Origin: a virus
Lineage: Duplodnaviria; Caudoviricetes
Virus record (IMG/VR): IMGVR_UViG_3300031992_002338
Reading direction: 5' to 3' (one strand)
Length of the DNA stretch: 64,000 nucleotides
The notes beneath the pieces are model-generated. The model was not told where the DNA came from. It saw only the letters and a program-made list of their open reading frames with translations, and did no database searches. Within the stretch, counting starts at the first letter, position 1, and every line of letters starts with the position of its first letter. A program made the position numbers and the translations under genes. Positions 19,860 to 29,612 of the stretch are shown here, piece after piece.

Positions 19860-20123
19860 CTAGAAGCGACTTTGCCATTCTCTAAAATCATATTGCCTAA
19901 AAATATAGGCAAGGCATTGTGCTAAAGTTTCATCACCAAGGCATCTTACAATGGCACTGTTAATTGTTTCCTCTCCCATTTCTTGAACGGCTAGATTATA
20001 AGCCTCTTGTGCTTCAGATGAATCAACAACCCATCCACCACTTTCAGCCTCTTTAATAATTCTATTTACAGATTCTTTCACAATGTTGTGAAGGTCTTTT
20101 TCGGTTAATCTCATTGTTTTCAT
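19860..20123 (-). CDS. Small protein with the shared LTExDL...VKESV leader (putative internal head protein)
   Basis: MKTMRLTEKDLHNIVKESVNRIIKE, nearly identical to the leader of 44643..44951. Confidence 0.7.
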   Translation of the reverse strand: MKTMRLTEKDLHNIVKESVNRIIKEAESGGWVVDSSEAQEAYNLAVQEMGEETINSAIVRCLGDETLAQCLAYIFRQYDFREWQSRF

Positions 20124-20530
20124 TTTGGAAAATTTTTTTGTAAATAATTCAAATCCATATCATCTATGTCGTTTTCTTGACTTTCATCACTCTTAAAGAA
20201 CTTGTTGTGGTCAACCTTACCAGTTGTGGCATCGAAGAACTTGTCTTGTTGCTCTTTCTTCTTATTCAACATGTCATAGATGATGTCAGCACATCCTTTA
20301 ATCTTTTCTAGATAAGGATTACTTGTTTGTTCCCCTTCACGACTGTCATATTTAGCCTTGAACATTGCGTCATCAAGAGCACTGTAGAAATCCTCAAAAG
20401 TTGAACGAACTTCCCAGAAAAGGTCATTTGCCCTATCATAAGCATGGTCAACAGTACCATAGCTTATCTCATTGATGAGTCTATCTTTAAGCTTGTTATA
20501 TGATTCTTCAGATAACTTAACTGTTTTCAT
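20120..20530 (-). CDS. Protein with a related LxE leader (putative internal head protein)
   Basis: MKTVKLSEESYNKLKDRLINE. Confidence 0.65.
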   Translation of the reverse strand: MKTVKLSEESYNKLKDRLINEISYGTVDHAYDRANDLFWEVRSTFEDFYSALDDAMFKAKYDSREGEQTSNPYLEKIKGCADIIYDMLNKKKEQQDKFFDATTGKVDHNKFFKSDESQENDIDDMDLNYLQKNFPK

Positions 20531-21408
20531 TAGATTTTAAATATTTTTTCTAGTGTCTGAATGTCATCGTCATCAATATTGAAGAATGTGTTTGCAATAT
20601 CATCAGACGGGTTATCTACATCATCATTGGTAATGACGTACTCCTTTGTTGTAGGCTCGTCATTATCTGCATAAGCCTCATATCCACCTTGTTTTGCTTT
20701 TTCTGCCCAATACTCATTTGGTTTTACGTTGAATGGATACGAATCTAATGAACGAAGATTCAATTTCTCAGTCTGGGTTGGATTTCTCTTCTCGAACTCA
20801 GCTTTTAGAGATTCAATCTCACTATTATTACTATCAACTTTTGTTAACAAATTATTGATTGTATTAATAAGTGTTGTGATTCTGTTATCAACCTTTGATA
20901 AATCCCTTCCGATGCGGTTTTGCTTAACATTAAGTTTGTCTTCTGCTTGTGTTAGGCCATCAATGTCAATTGTTTCACCATCATCTGCTGGTTCTCCACC
21001 CATTGGGTCTCCCATTGGGTCAGCGCCCATATCACTACCCATGGGGTCAGCCATAGGGTCTTGGGCATTTTGGTCTGCTCCACCGCCCATTGGGTCTCCA
21101 CCCATAGCGTTAGGGTCAGCGCCTCCCGCCATTGGGTCTTGTCCTCCCATTGCATTTGGGTCTCCACCGCCCATTTGGTCAGCACCACCCATTGCATTTG
21201 GGTCTTGAGGCATTCCACCGTCAGCAGGCATACCTCCCATTGCATTTGGGTCTCCACCCATAGCGTTAGGGTCTTGCATGTCATTACCAGCTTCCTCTAT
21301 CTCTTCCTCTGGTAAAACGGTTGGTATATATGCCTCGCTGAGACGCATAAAATGTTTATGTGCCTCTAACAAGTTATTTTCTTTAAGATACTTAATGTTA
21401 GTTGCCAT
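20530..21408 (-). CDS. Acidic low-complexity protein with DPNAMGG repeats and a coiled coil (scaffold-like or internal head protein)
   Basis: About a dozen DPxxMGG/DPMG units, a heptad region, N-terminal LxE sites. Confidence 0.65.
   Translation of the reverse strand: MATNIKYLKENNLLEAHKHFMRLSEAYIPTVLPEEEIEEAGNDMQDPNAMGGDPNAMGGMPADGGMPQDPNAMGGADQMGGGDPNAMGGQDPMAGGADPNAMGGDPMGGGADQNAQDPMADPMGSDMGADPMGDPMGGEPADDGETIDIDGLTQAEDKLNVKQNRIGRDLSKVDNRITTLINTINNLLTKVDSNNSEIESLKAEFEKRNPTQTEKLNLRSLDSYPFNVKPNEYWAEKAKQGGYEAYADNDEPTTKEYVITNDDVDNPSDDIANTFFNIDDDDIQTLEKIFKI
20990..21280 (-). repeat. Coding low-complexity repeat (DPNAMGG / DPMG)
   Basis: Recurrent CCCATTGCATTTGGGTCT and CCCATTGGGTC units on the + strand. 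Confidence 0.8.
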
Positions 21409-21415
21409 TTGTATA

Positions 21416-21685
21416 TTAATCGTTCAATAGTTCTTTATTATCTTCTGTCAAAATAGTTTTTGAACTTTCTGTTCTCTCAATAAGACCTTTATCTTTTTTA
21501 ACTCTCTTTACTGATGCTTGTTGGTCTGCGCCACTTAGCACATTTTTAGCCATTGCAATTTTCTCACTAGTTGTCATAACTTTTTCATTTAATTCATTTT
21601 TATGTTCTGCCACTAGATTATCACTTGGATACATCTTAATTTGTGGTTTTCTGTTGTCTACGTGTTTAATGATAAATCTTCCCAT
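21416..21685 (-). CDS. Hypothetical late protein
   Basis: 89-aa ORF preceded by GATATTTAT at about 21707-21715. Confidence 0.65.
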   Translation of the reverse strand: MGRFIIKHVDNRKPQIKMYPSDNLVAEHKNELNEKVMTTSEKIAMAKNVLSGADQQASVKRVKKDKGLIERTESSKTILTEDNKELLND

Positions 21686-21718
21686 AATATTATAACATTA
21701 TTTATTATAAATATCTAA

Positions 21719-22126
21719 TTAATTAAAAAATATTGAAAAATCCTCTATTTTAGATAGGCTTGACAAGGAAAGTTCTCCATTTGTCTGGATTATTAACTTA
21801 TCCTTATATTTATCCCAATCAATCAGATATTCATTATTAGGCTTATCAGAGTCTGAATTCTCTTTTTCGATTAACTTATTGAGAGCATTTATGGAGAATA
21901 GACAACCGTTTTTGACATGCATTACTGTTGCATTACTAAGATTCTTAATAAATCTTTCCTTATCATAAGTCTTAAAGGTAACTAGATATTCATATTGATT
22001 TGTATCAATTAAATATACAAATACTTTATCTAAGTTTACCTTAAACTTATACTTAAGGGTTTCCAAAAATGATAAAATCTTATTTTTCTTTACGAATGTT
22101 CCTATTATAATTCCATTTACACTCAT
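21719..22126 (-). CDS. Hypothetical protein (likely start ATG 22126, MSVNGIII)
   Basis: The longer ORF call overlaps the upstream gene; this ATG follows its stop. Confidence 0.6.
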   Translation of the reverse strand: MSVNGIIIGTFVKKNKILSFLETLKYKFKVNLDKVFVYLIDTNQYEYLVTFKTYDKERFIKNLSNATVMHVKNGCLFSINALNKLIEKENSDSDKPNNEYLIDWDKYKDKLIIQTNGELSLSSLSKIEDFSIFFN

Positions 22127-22139
22127 TGCTTTATGTTTT

Positions 22140-22727
22140 TTAACTAGAAATGAAATACGGTACTGCGTATTTCTTATTACCCAAACGTTTGGCGAGTTTG
22201 AACACAAACTTATTGTCATCTTCAAAAACATTGTTGTTTGGGTTACATTTAATCTTTTCCAAGATTTTCTCTCTCATAATTCCGCAATACTCTAGAACAT
22301 TTAAAGATACACCTAAAATGCTACCTTTATACGGAATATATATCATGTTATTACTAATATAAATATTTTTATCTTCTTTAGAAAATATTATATTATATAA
22401 TTTTTTTATTTTATTATATTTTAATTTAAAAATATCTATATAAAAATAATTAATATTATTTAATATATTATTATATATAATATTATAAAATTTTTCCAAA
22501 TCATCCTCAAAATCTGAACGACTCTCAGATTTGCTGAACGTCCAATACAAATTGTCAGCAAGTTGTTTATCTAATATGGAGGTGTAATATTTGTTGCTTT
22601 TTGCATTCTTCCAACCAACTAACAAGATTGGCTTTGTGGCATCAGCAGATTCTATATCAGATACTTGCTCCACAAAGCCATCAATGTTTTTTAATTTTTT
22701 ATCAGTAACAATATATCCCAAAATCAT
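22140..22727 (-). CDS. Hypothetical protein
   Basis: 195-aa ORF with a promoter at 22748-22779 (CTTG-N20-TATTTTTG). Confidence 0.65.
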   Translation of the reverse strand: MILGYIVTDKKLKNIDGFVEQVSDIESADATKPILLVGWKNAKSNKYYTSILDKQLADNLYWTFSKSESRSDFEDDLEKFYNIIYNNILNNINYFYIDIFKLKYNKIKKLYNIIFSKEDKNIYISNNMIYIPYKGSILGVSLNVLEYCGIMREKILEKIKCNPNNNVFEDDNKFVFKLAKRLGNKKYAVPYFISS

Positions 22728-22785
22728 AACATTATTTAACTTTTTTGCAAAAATATATAAAAAATGTTAAAAAAACAAGAAATAT

Positions 22786-25700
22786 CTATTGTTTTCCGTT
22801 TCCTTTATACCTCCAAACGCTATAATTGCCTCTTGCTTTAAGATTTACTCTATTAAACTTAGTTTTATAATCAGAATACCATCCATCACCACACCACATT
22901 TGAATATGACCATGTTCATGGAATTCTCCTTCTATATAGTACTGACCAAATACTGTAATATCACCAAGACACATATCGCCATATGTTACACTTTCTTGTC
23001 CAGTGTATTCGCCTTTACTAATACATACAAACCCATTTTTCATTAAGAAGTCTTTTGCTTGATAAGCAGACCTAGATTCAGGTTTTTTAAAACCGCCTGC
23101 AACTAGTCCTTCTTTGACAAAATGCCAACACTTAGTACATCCATATTTTCTCCCACAATTTTTTAGATTATTTTTCATTGCATTTACACTATTAGCAACA
23201 TTCCAATCACCAATTTTTCCATCTTTAATATTACATTTTAAATCAGTTATGTTTATATCTTTTATGTCATTTGGTATGTTATCTTTGTTAAATATAGATT
23301 CGCAATCCTCTGGCATATATTTCTTCAAGAATTCAACAGCATGGCCCTTGTTATTTTTATCTTCAGCTTGTTTTATTTCCTTCACAAATATTGATTCCTT
23401 GTTAGATGACAACAATGTGCTAAGTCTTTTTGCCAATGGCTTAAGTAGTATTTCATTACCATCTGGTATCATTTGCAATGTATAGTTATCACCAATATAA
23501 TTGTTTTCTTGTGTAATCCACACCTTTTTCTTCGTCAAATCTACTTTGTCAGTAGCCTTAACCTTGAAATATATTGATGTTGGAGGGCATTTTGTTGTTA
23601 TTCCTCCATTAGGAAATACATATCCAAGTTCCTCGACATAATTATAATACTCGCTGTTCAAAATCATGTCAAAGACAGTACCAAGTTTTGAATTACCGCC
23701 ACCTTTCTGACTTATACTAAAATGACCAGGCATTTTTGATTCAACATATTCAAGCTCAACACCTATTGACGGAGTATTAATAGCAGATTTATTTACTGCA
23801 TCAAAAAATAACTTGCTGATATCTTTGACATCATTTGGATTCTTAGCTGGTTTAGAATCTTTTTCTAAAATATTAGAATTTCTTTTTTCATAAAATTCTT
23901 TAGCTTTACTTTTTCTACGACCTAATTTTGACTCTTTTGGGTTTGGATTTGGATTTTCATAACCATCATATTTTTTATTAGGGTTATTTCCGTTACAGAA
24001 AATATGAGCAGCCTCATCAGGTGTTTTAGCATTGGTTAATTTCGTCCATAATCTTTTTTGGTTATCGTTTTTGTTATCTCGTAATGATTTAATGACAAAT
24101 TTGCATTGATATTCAGCACTTTTTGTTTTTATTAGTTTTTTAACCGCATTAGCTTTATCTTCACTATATCTATCCTTTTCATAGTTAGTAGCATGACCAT
24201 AATTTTCATAATCATTTGTAAGCATTTGACTAAGCGTAAAAAATTTATCATTCCATTGACACAAACCACCAGCTACAAATCCGTTAGAATCATTTTCTTG
24301 TACAGTTTCAGGATTAAATGTTGGACTACCTTCAGTTTCGACAAACATATTTCCTACAATACCAGCTGCAATTATGTCAGCATTTCTAGCACTACTTCCA
24401 ATTTCATCTTTTAAAAACCCCATTAAAATTTTGGCCTTCTCAACATCATCTTTTGAAGAAGGGTCAAAATCATTTGTGCTGTTTAATGGATATATTTTAT
24501 ATTCGCAATCATTATCGATGCTAGCCTTAAGTGAGATGTCATCCATTTCATCATTATCAGTATATCTCTCATTTGGTGAAAAGTCATCATCTGTGAATAT
24601 ATCCTCAATCATTCTATTTGAGATATTAGCCATACGGCAGCCAGTGAAGGTTGTTGTCATATCACCAGGTTTTAGTGTATGCTTAACCTTCATAATCATG
24701 TATGAGCCTCTAAACATTGGAACATTTAACAGCACAAAGTACATTAATGGCTGAACCCAAGGGCATCCCATCATTTCAACGTCACAAGTGTATGATTGGG
24801 TTGAATAAATGTCATAAAGGTCTTGCGATGTTATTCCCCTTTCCTTTTGAGTTGCAGCTTGTTGGATTATAAAATGTTTTGCCTTTATTGCTTGCTCCGT
24901 AGCAATTGGGCTTTGCATGTTTATATTGACGGACTTGAAATAACTTTGGTATTGTTTTCCATATGAAACTCCAAATGCTGGTATCTTATACATAGCATCA
25001 GTCTTTGTTCTAATTGCTTTTGGCGTTTCACTTTCTTCATTAAGCATAAAGCCATCATCATTATATTCATTGTTGTTGACATTAAGATTCCTAGAAGGTT
25101 GGTATGGGTATACAACAACGAAACTAGGATACCTATTTACCTCAGTGCTGAAATTAATCGAATCTAATGGCATTGGAACAAACATCTTGTTCATTGAGTC
25201 TGAATCAGATAAATCAGAGAAATTCTGTATACACTTAAGCATACATTTGTTACTAGCATATACATCAGATATAAACCCTAACATCATGGCATTAACATCA
25301 CCAGTAGACAATATTGCATCAATTCTTTCTGATAGTTTTTTAGGGTTAATTAAAAGTATATCACCAATATAGTTATAATAAGAATCAATAAAATGGAACG
25401 TATGTCCAACCTCTGTATGGCCACTATTTGTGAAGAAAGTATCTAGATTCCAATTGTCAAAAGATGACATTGGTATCCATTTGTCATATACTTGTTTCAT
25501 ATATCTGTAAAGCTCTATCTTCATATCCTCAGTGGTATGCTTTGGATTCTCTGTGGTCTTCACTTGGCTTGTGTTTGTCTCATCATCATTTGTATTATTG
25601 GTATATTTGCTCTTCAACCTTTCTATGAATGCATCCAAGTATGATGTTACAATACCTTCAGCCACATAATAGCTATCATTGTTGACACTATGTTTTACAT

Positions 25701-28700
25701 TAATTGACATATTAAGTATTAAAACTGGTTTTAATAACTCGTTTGTCAATTTCTTAACATAGTCGATGTTTTGGTTTAATAACATTCTACTAGTTTCAAC
25801 ACTAGGTTTTATATAATTTGATTCATTTATTAAATTAGAATAAATTTTTTTAGCTGTATCTGTACAAGTTATCCAATCATAAAAGTACTTCGCATATTGA
25901 TACCTAACTTGTTCAGACATCTTAAATACTTCACTTGTTATGACCTTTGATAGAGTTTCCTTATTCAAAGACAAATTATATGCCATTTTATTAACCATCT
26001 CATCCAATGAAGCAAACTCTTTACTAATCCCACCAGTAGCAAAGCAATATATTCCTAATTTCAATGCACATAATTTTGGCATATATGTAAATGTTCTTTC
26101 ACATAAGTTATTGAACTCTGTGTTATTTGTTCTCATGCATAGAATTGCAATCGCGGCTTTAGATTGACTTTTTCCAATGCTCATATCGCCAAACGATAAC
26201 AAAGTTTGAATGTTTTCGTGGGTTTTAAAAAATGACCTTTCATCGTTTACACATTTTTTCTCATCTATACCAAAAACTTCAGATATTGTATATCTTGTCA
26301 AATTTCCTTGTTGAACTTCACTACCTATTGAACTGACATCATTGTTGTATACATGTTCTTCATTGCCACAAGTTATTTTAGCAAAATACCCTTCTATGGA
26401 AAATGTGGCAGTTTTTGCGTCTATCTTGATATTTGCTGTATTAACTACTGAAGAATAGCCTTTAACTGTCAAGAAAGATGCATATTTCTCATCATTGAAC
26501 GTAGAAGCAGATACTATTTTATTATAGTAATCATTATATGACTCATTATTATTAGAATTGGCATTATTCATGATTTCGGTTATGAAATCATACTTTTCAG
26601 TTATCATTATATTACCAAATCCATAATTAGTGTTTAATTCAGATGGGTTAGTGATAGTTGGAATAACTCGTAACGATATGTCATTATCACAACTTGATAT
26701 TTTCCCTTGGTTAAACATTGTTCTATGGCTATTTAGCTCATTAAATGATATATTCTGTATAGGATACATTGTATTTGTATATGTATCCTTTTTTATATTG
26801 TATGCATTAAGGATAATCCCATTAGATGACTTTGAGAACAATGCTTCATTACCCCAAGGACAATCTTTATTTTTACTTGTAGCCTTTTCTAATAGTAAGC
26901 TAGAAGTAATTATACCATCTTTAAGCATACCTAGGATATTTTCATTATTCAGCTTAACACAATGATAGAAATTATCTGCCTCCACAGCTCCTATGTTCCT
27001 TGCATTATCAGTAGTAATGAATGAAGTTCCAATGCTTTGCTTCAAATGATTTATCCCCAATATGTAATACATACGAAGTAAAACTTTTCCAGAAAACTGG
27101 AATAAATCTTTATCATTTGCTATGTCTTTGGAATCACCATATGGATTTTTTGAAATGAAAAAGTCAAACGCGGACAAAGGATGTTCTATCACCTTGCCAA
27201 TAGACAAATCTGTTGTTGGCACGTTTTTTAACTCCTCTGCAAGCATATTTTCAGTATCTCCCCTCAATGATTGTAGTTTTTCTATCGCATTAAAGAACCC
27301 ATCAATGAAATCAACCTCTTCGAATGCCTTTTCACCTCTGTTGTATTCACCAACCCAAGTGTCCTCGATTCTTGTTATATTGTCATCACCAACGACATTC
27401 TTTGTGACACGAGGGAATGGAGGTACTACATCTTTTGCGGAATTAACATCTATGCAAATACCATTTGGACCAGTTGTTACACCAAGTTCACTAGCTTTTC
27501 TACCTTCACAATTTGATACTGTTGTATACATCAGATACATCAACGTCTCCAAATGGGCAATAACTATTCTAGTGAAATTTTCAACAGTTGGATACCAAAT
27601 CATTCTGCTGAACATTTCCTTATTAATTTCCTTTATCTTCTTCCTCTTTAACTTTTCCTTTTCATTTACGTTGGCATCTATCTGAAGGTCTTTTATCCTA
27701 TCTGTTATGTCACTATAATCTTGATTAATCGCATAACATTTAATATATTGCTCTTCTCCGTCATTATATATAGTATTTAAGATATGCTTTTTATGTTTTA
27801 TGTATTTTTCATTTATATCACTAGTAGTACCGCTAGTATTATCATAGTTAACACCATAAAACACATTTCTGATTACTTCTGATTCTGGAATTTTACAATT
27901 TTCATCAAAGCCATAAAATACAACTTGATTTTTCTTGCCAACTTCTGTTCTCTTAAAAAGAGGATTCAAAATATAATCCCCAAAATCAATGCTTACGTTT
28001 TCTAATTTTTTGAAATTCCTATCATCTTTGTTGAAATTTTCTATTGCTGCATGCAAATCTTTATTCAACTTTTTGAAACTATCTGGATATTGTTCATAAT
28101 CACCATCTAATGAAAATGCGGAATCATCTTTGGCTAATATTATTATTCTGTTGTATTCATCATTATTAGTCTTTCTTTTAAATAAAAAACAATAATCTTT
28201 CCCATACTTCTCACAGCATATATTGAACAATGATTTATACCACGTTTGATACAATGACTTGATATTAGTGAGTTTTTCAATTTCTTCTTCATGAGTATTT
28301 TCTTCATCAGTAATTGCTGTTTCAACGCTTATAGGTTTACTTAGCAAACTCTGCATTTCTTGCCAAATCTCAAACAATGTTGGCATTTCCATCCTTTCGG
28401 TTTTTTCCTTGTTCCAAATGGTAAAATGGCCAGATTTCTTTTGTCTATCCCAATATGCATTATAATTTCCATTCTTACCGCAATAATCTGAGTAAGGAGC
28501 AGCAAGCAATGCATCAATTGAAATATCAGTCAAAAATGAATAACTATATCCAATAAACCTTGTTGTAATGTCAAAATCGCCAGTATTGGAATTGAATTTG
28601 GTGTCAAACTTATCACACATAACCTCATACGTAACTGGTTTACCATAAAACCCTTTTATAGTTATGGTAAACTTTGGCATTGGTATTCTGAAAAAACATT

Positions 28701-29262
28701 GAAAGAAAGACTGTGCTACATTATCTGAATTTATACCAGCTATACCTTGATACGCATTTGTTCTACTTAATTCTGTTGGCTGAAATAATGATAAACCCCT
28801 TACATCAGTGAACTTAACCGTTATTGTTGGCACACAAGCATTTACGTATTCCACATCAACAGACTTTACACCAATCATTTCTGTAGTGCCATAGTCAATT
28901 AAATCACCAACGTACATATCAGAATAATTTGTTGTCAAATATGGGATTTCAGTATTCTTTGAATCACCACACTTAACTTTCGTCCCACCCATGAAATTTA
29001 CAGTAGAGCCACTTTCCCCAACCTTAGTCCTATAGGACATTATTAAGACTTCGTTTGCTATCGTCTTGTTGGCTGAAATGTTTTCCCTTCCACATACTTC
29101 AACCTCTATGTTGAAATATATGGAATAGTCCTCAAGTCTAGGAGTTCTAGAATAATCATCATCTTTGGACTTCCAAGGAATTGTATTAGAATTATACGCC
29201 TTAAATTCCCCAACTGACGAGATATTAGGCTCAACATAGTTGACCATTGAATGATGTGCCAT
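22786..29262 (-). CDS. Large baseplate hub / tail-associated protein with lysozyme and amidase domains
   Basis: Hub-like segment (CDVEMMG...GSYMIMKVKH...TTFTG); phage tail lysozyme-like AAGIVGNMFVE...GLCQW; C-terminal Cys/His amidase-like KCWHFV...GHIQMW...WYSD. Confidence 0.7.
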   Translation of the reverse strand: MAHHSMVNYVEPNISSVGEFKAYNSNTIPWKSKDDDYSRTPRLEDYSIYFNIEVEVCGRENISANKTIANEVLIMSYRTKVGESGSTVNFMGGTKVKCGDSKNTEIPYLTTNYSDMYVGDLIDYGTTEMIGVKSVDVEYVNACVPTITVKFTDVRGLSLFQPTELSRTNAYQGIAGINSDNVAQSFFQCFFRIPMPKFTITIKGFYGKPVTYEVMCDKFDTKFNSNTGDFDITTRFIGYSYSFLTDISIDALLAAPYSDYCGKNGNYNAYWDRQKKSGHFTIWNKEKTERMEMPTLFEIWQEMQSLLSKPISVETAITDEENTHEEEIEKLTNIKSLYQTWYKSLFNICCEKYGKDYCFLFKRKTNNDEYNRIIILAKDDSAFSLDGDYEQYPDSFKKLNKDLHAAIENFNKDDRNFKKLENVSIDFGDYILNPLFKRTEVGKKNQVVFYGFDENCKIPESEVIRNVFYGVNYDNTSGTTSDINEKYIKHKKHILNTIYNDGEEQYIKCYAINQDYSDITDRIKDLQIDANVNEKEKLKRKKIKEINKEMFSRMIWYPTVENFTRIVIAHLETLMYLMYTTVSNCEGRKASELGVTTGPNGICIDVNSAKDVVPPFPRVTKNVVGDDNITRIEDTWVGEYNRGEKAFEEVDFIDGFFNAIEKLQSLRGDTENMLAEELKNVPTTDLSIGKVIEHPLSAFDFFISKNPYGDSKDIANDKDLFQFSGKVLLRMYYILGINHLKQSIGTSFITTDNARNIGAVEADNFYHCVKLNNENILGMLKDGIITSSLLLEKATSKNKDCPWGNEALFSKSSNGIILNAYNIKKDTYTNTMYPIQNISFNELNSHRTMFNQGKISSCDNDISLRVIPTITNPSELNTNYGFGNIMITEKYDFITEIMNNANSNNNESYNDYYNKIVSASTFNDEKYASFLTVKGYSSVVNTANIKIDAKTATFSIEGYFAKITCGNEEHVYNNDVSSIGSEVQQGNLTRYTISEVFGIDEKKCVNDERSFFKTHENIQTLLSFGDMSIGKSQSKAAIAILCMRTNNTEFNNLCERTFTYMPKLCALKLGIYCFATGGISKEFASLDEMVNKMAYNLSLNKETLSKVITSEVFKMSEQVRYQYAKYFYDWITCTDTAKKIYSNLINESNYIKPSVETSRMLLNQNIDYVKKLTNELLKPVLILNMSINVKHSVNNDSYYVAEGIVTSYLDAFIERLKSKYTNNTNDDETNTSQVKTTENPKHTTEDMKIELYRYMKQVYDKWIPMSSFDNWNLDTFFTNSGHTEVGHTFHFIDSYYNYIGDILLINPKKLSERIDAILSTGDVNAMMLGFISDVYASNKCMLKCIQNFSDLSDSDSMNKMFVPMPLDSINFSTEVNRYPSFVVVYPYQPSRNLNVNNNEYNDDGFMLNEESETPKAIRTKTDAMYKIPAFGVSYGKQYQSYFKSVNINMQSPIATEQAIKAKHFIIQQAATQKERGITSQDLYDIYSTQSYTCDVEMMGCPWVQPLMYFVLLNVPMFRGSYMIMKVKHTLKPGDMTTTFTGCRMANISNRMIEDIFTDDDFSPNERYTDNDEMDDISLKASIDNDCEYKIYPLNSTNDFDPSSKDDVEKAKILMGFLKDEIGSSARNADIIAAGIVGNMFVETEGSPTFNPETVQENDSNGFVAGGLCQWNDKFFTLSQMLTNDYENYGHATNYEKDRYSEDKANAVKKLIKTKSAEYQCKFVIKSLRDNKNDNQKRLWTKLTNAKTPDEAAHIFCNGNNPNKKYDGYENPNPNPKESKLGRRKSKAKEFYEKRNSNILEKDSKPAKNPNDVKDISKLFFDAVNKSAINTPSIGVELEYVESKMPGHFSISQKGGGNSKLGTVFDMILNSEYYNYVEELGYVFPNGGITTKCPPTSIYFKVKATDKVDLTKKKVWITQENNYIGDNYTLQMIPDGNEILLKPLAKRLSTLLSSNKESIFVKEIKQAEDKNNKGHAVEFLKKYMPEDCESIFNKDNIPNDIKDINITDLKCNIKDGKIGDWNVANSVNAMKNNLKNCGRKYGCTKCWHFVKEGLVAGGFKKPESRSAYQAKDFLMKNGFVCISKGEYTGQESVTYGDMCLGDITVFGQYYIEGEFHEHGHIQMWCGDGWYSDYKTKFNRVNLKARGNYSVWRYKGNGKQ

Positions 29263-29265
29263 GCG

Positions 29266-29586
29266 CTATTGTTTTAAACCATATAAATTATTATAATTCC
29301 TAATGTTATTTTCATACCCTTGTATTGCATTCTCTAATGGGTATGGGATTCGTAACTTCTCTTTGTCATCTATCTTAAATTCAAGAGAGCCTACTTTTGG
29401 ATTTGCTTGGAGTATAAGCCAGCCATAGTTAGGGTCTCCATAATATTGATATGACAATAAATCAAGCCTAGTTTTACCAACTTCATAATATACATAAAAA
29501 TCACTATCTGAAGTCGGAACTTCAATGAACGGTACTTTAAGAAAAGTACCGTCCACTATGAAAGATTTATATCTACTGTATGCCAT
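29266..29586 (-). CDS. Baseplate LysM/gp53-like wedge protein
   Basis: RLDLLSYQYYGDPNYGWLILQANP...LRIP. Confidence 0.7.
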   Translation of the reverse strand: MAYSRYKSFIVDGTFLKVPFIEVPTSDSDFYVYYEVGKTRLDLLSYQYYGDPNYGWLILQANPKVGSLEFKIDDKEKLRIPYPLENAIQGYENNIRNYNNLYGLKQ

Positions 29587-29612
29587 ATTTGTTATTAAAA
29601 TCAACAATTTAC

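Noticed and set aside
20729-21315. Overlapping and antisense ORFs over the DPNAMGG region, and similar ones in tail and fibre genes
   Set aside because: These are shadow frames caused by repetitive or biased codon use in the real minus-strand genes.
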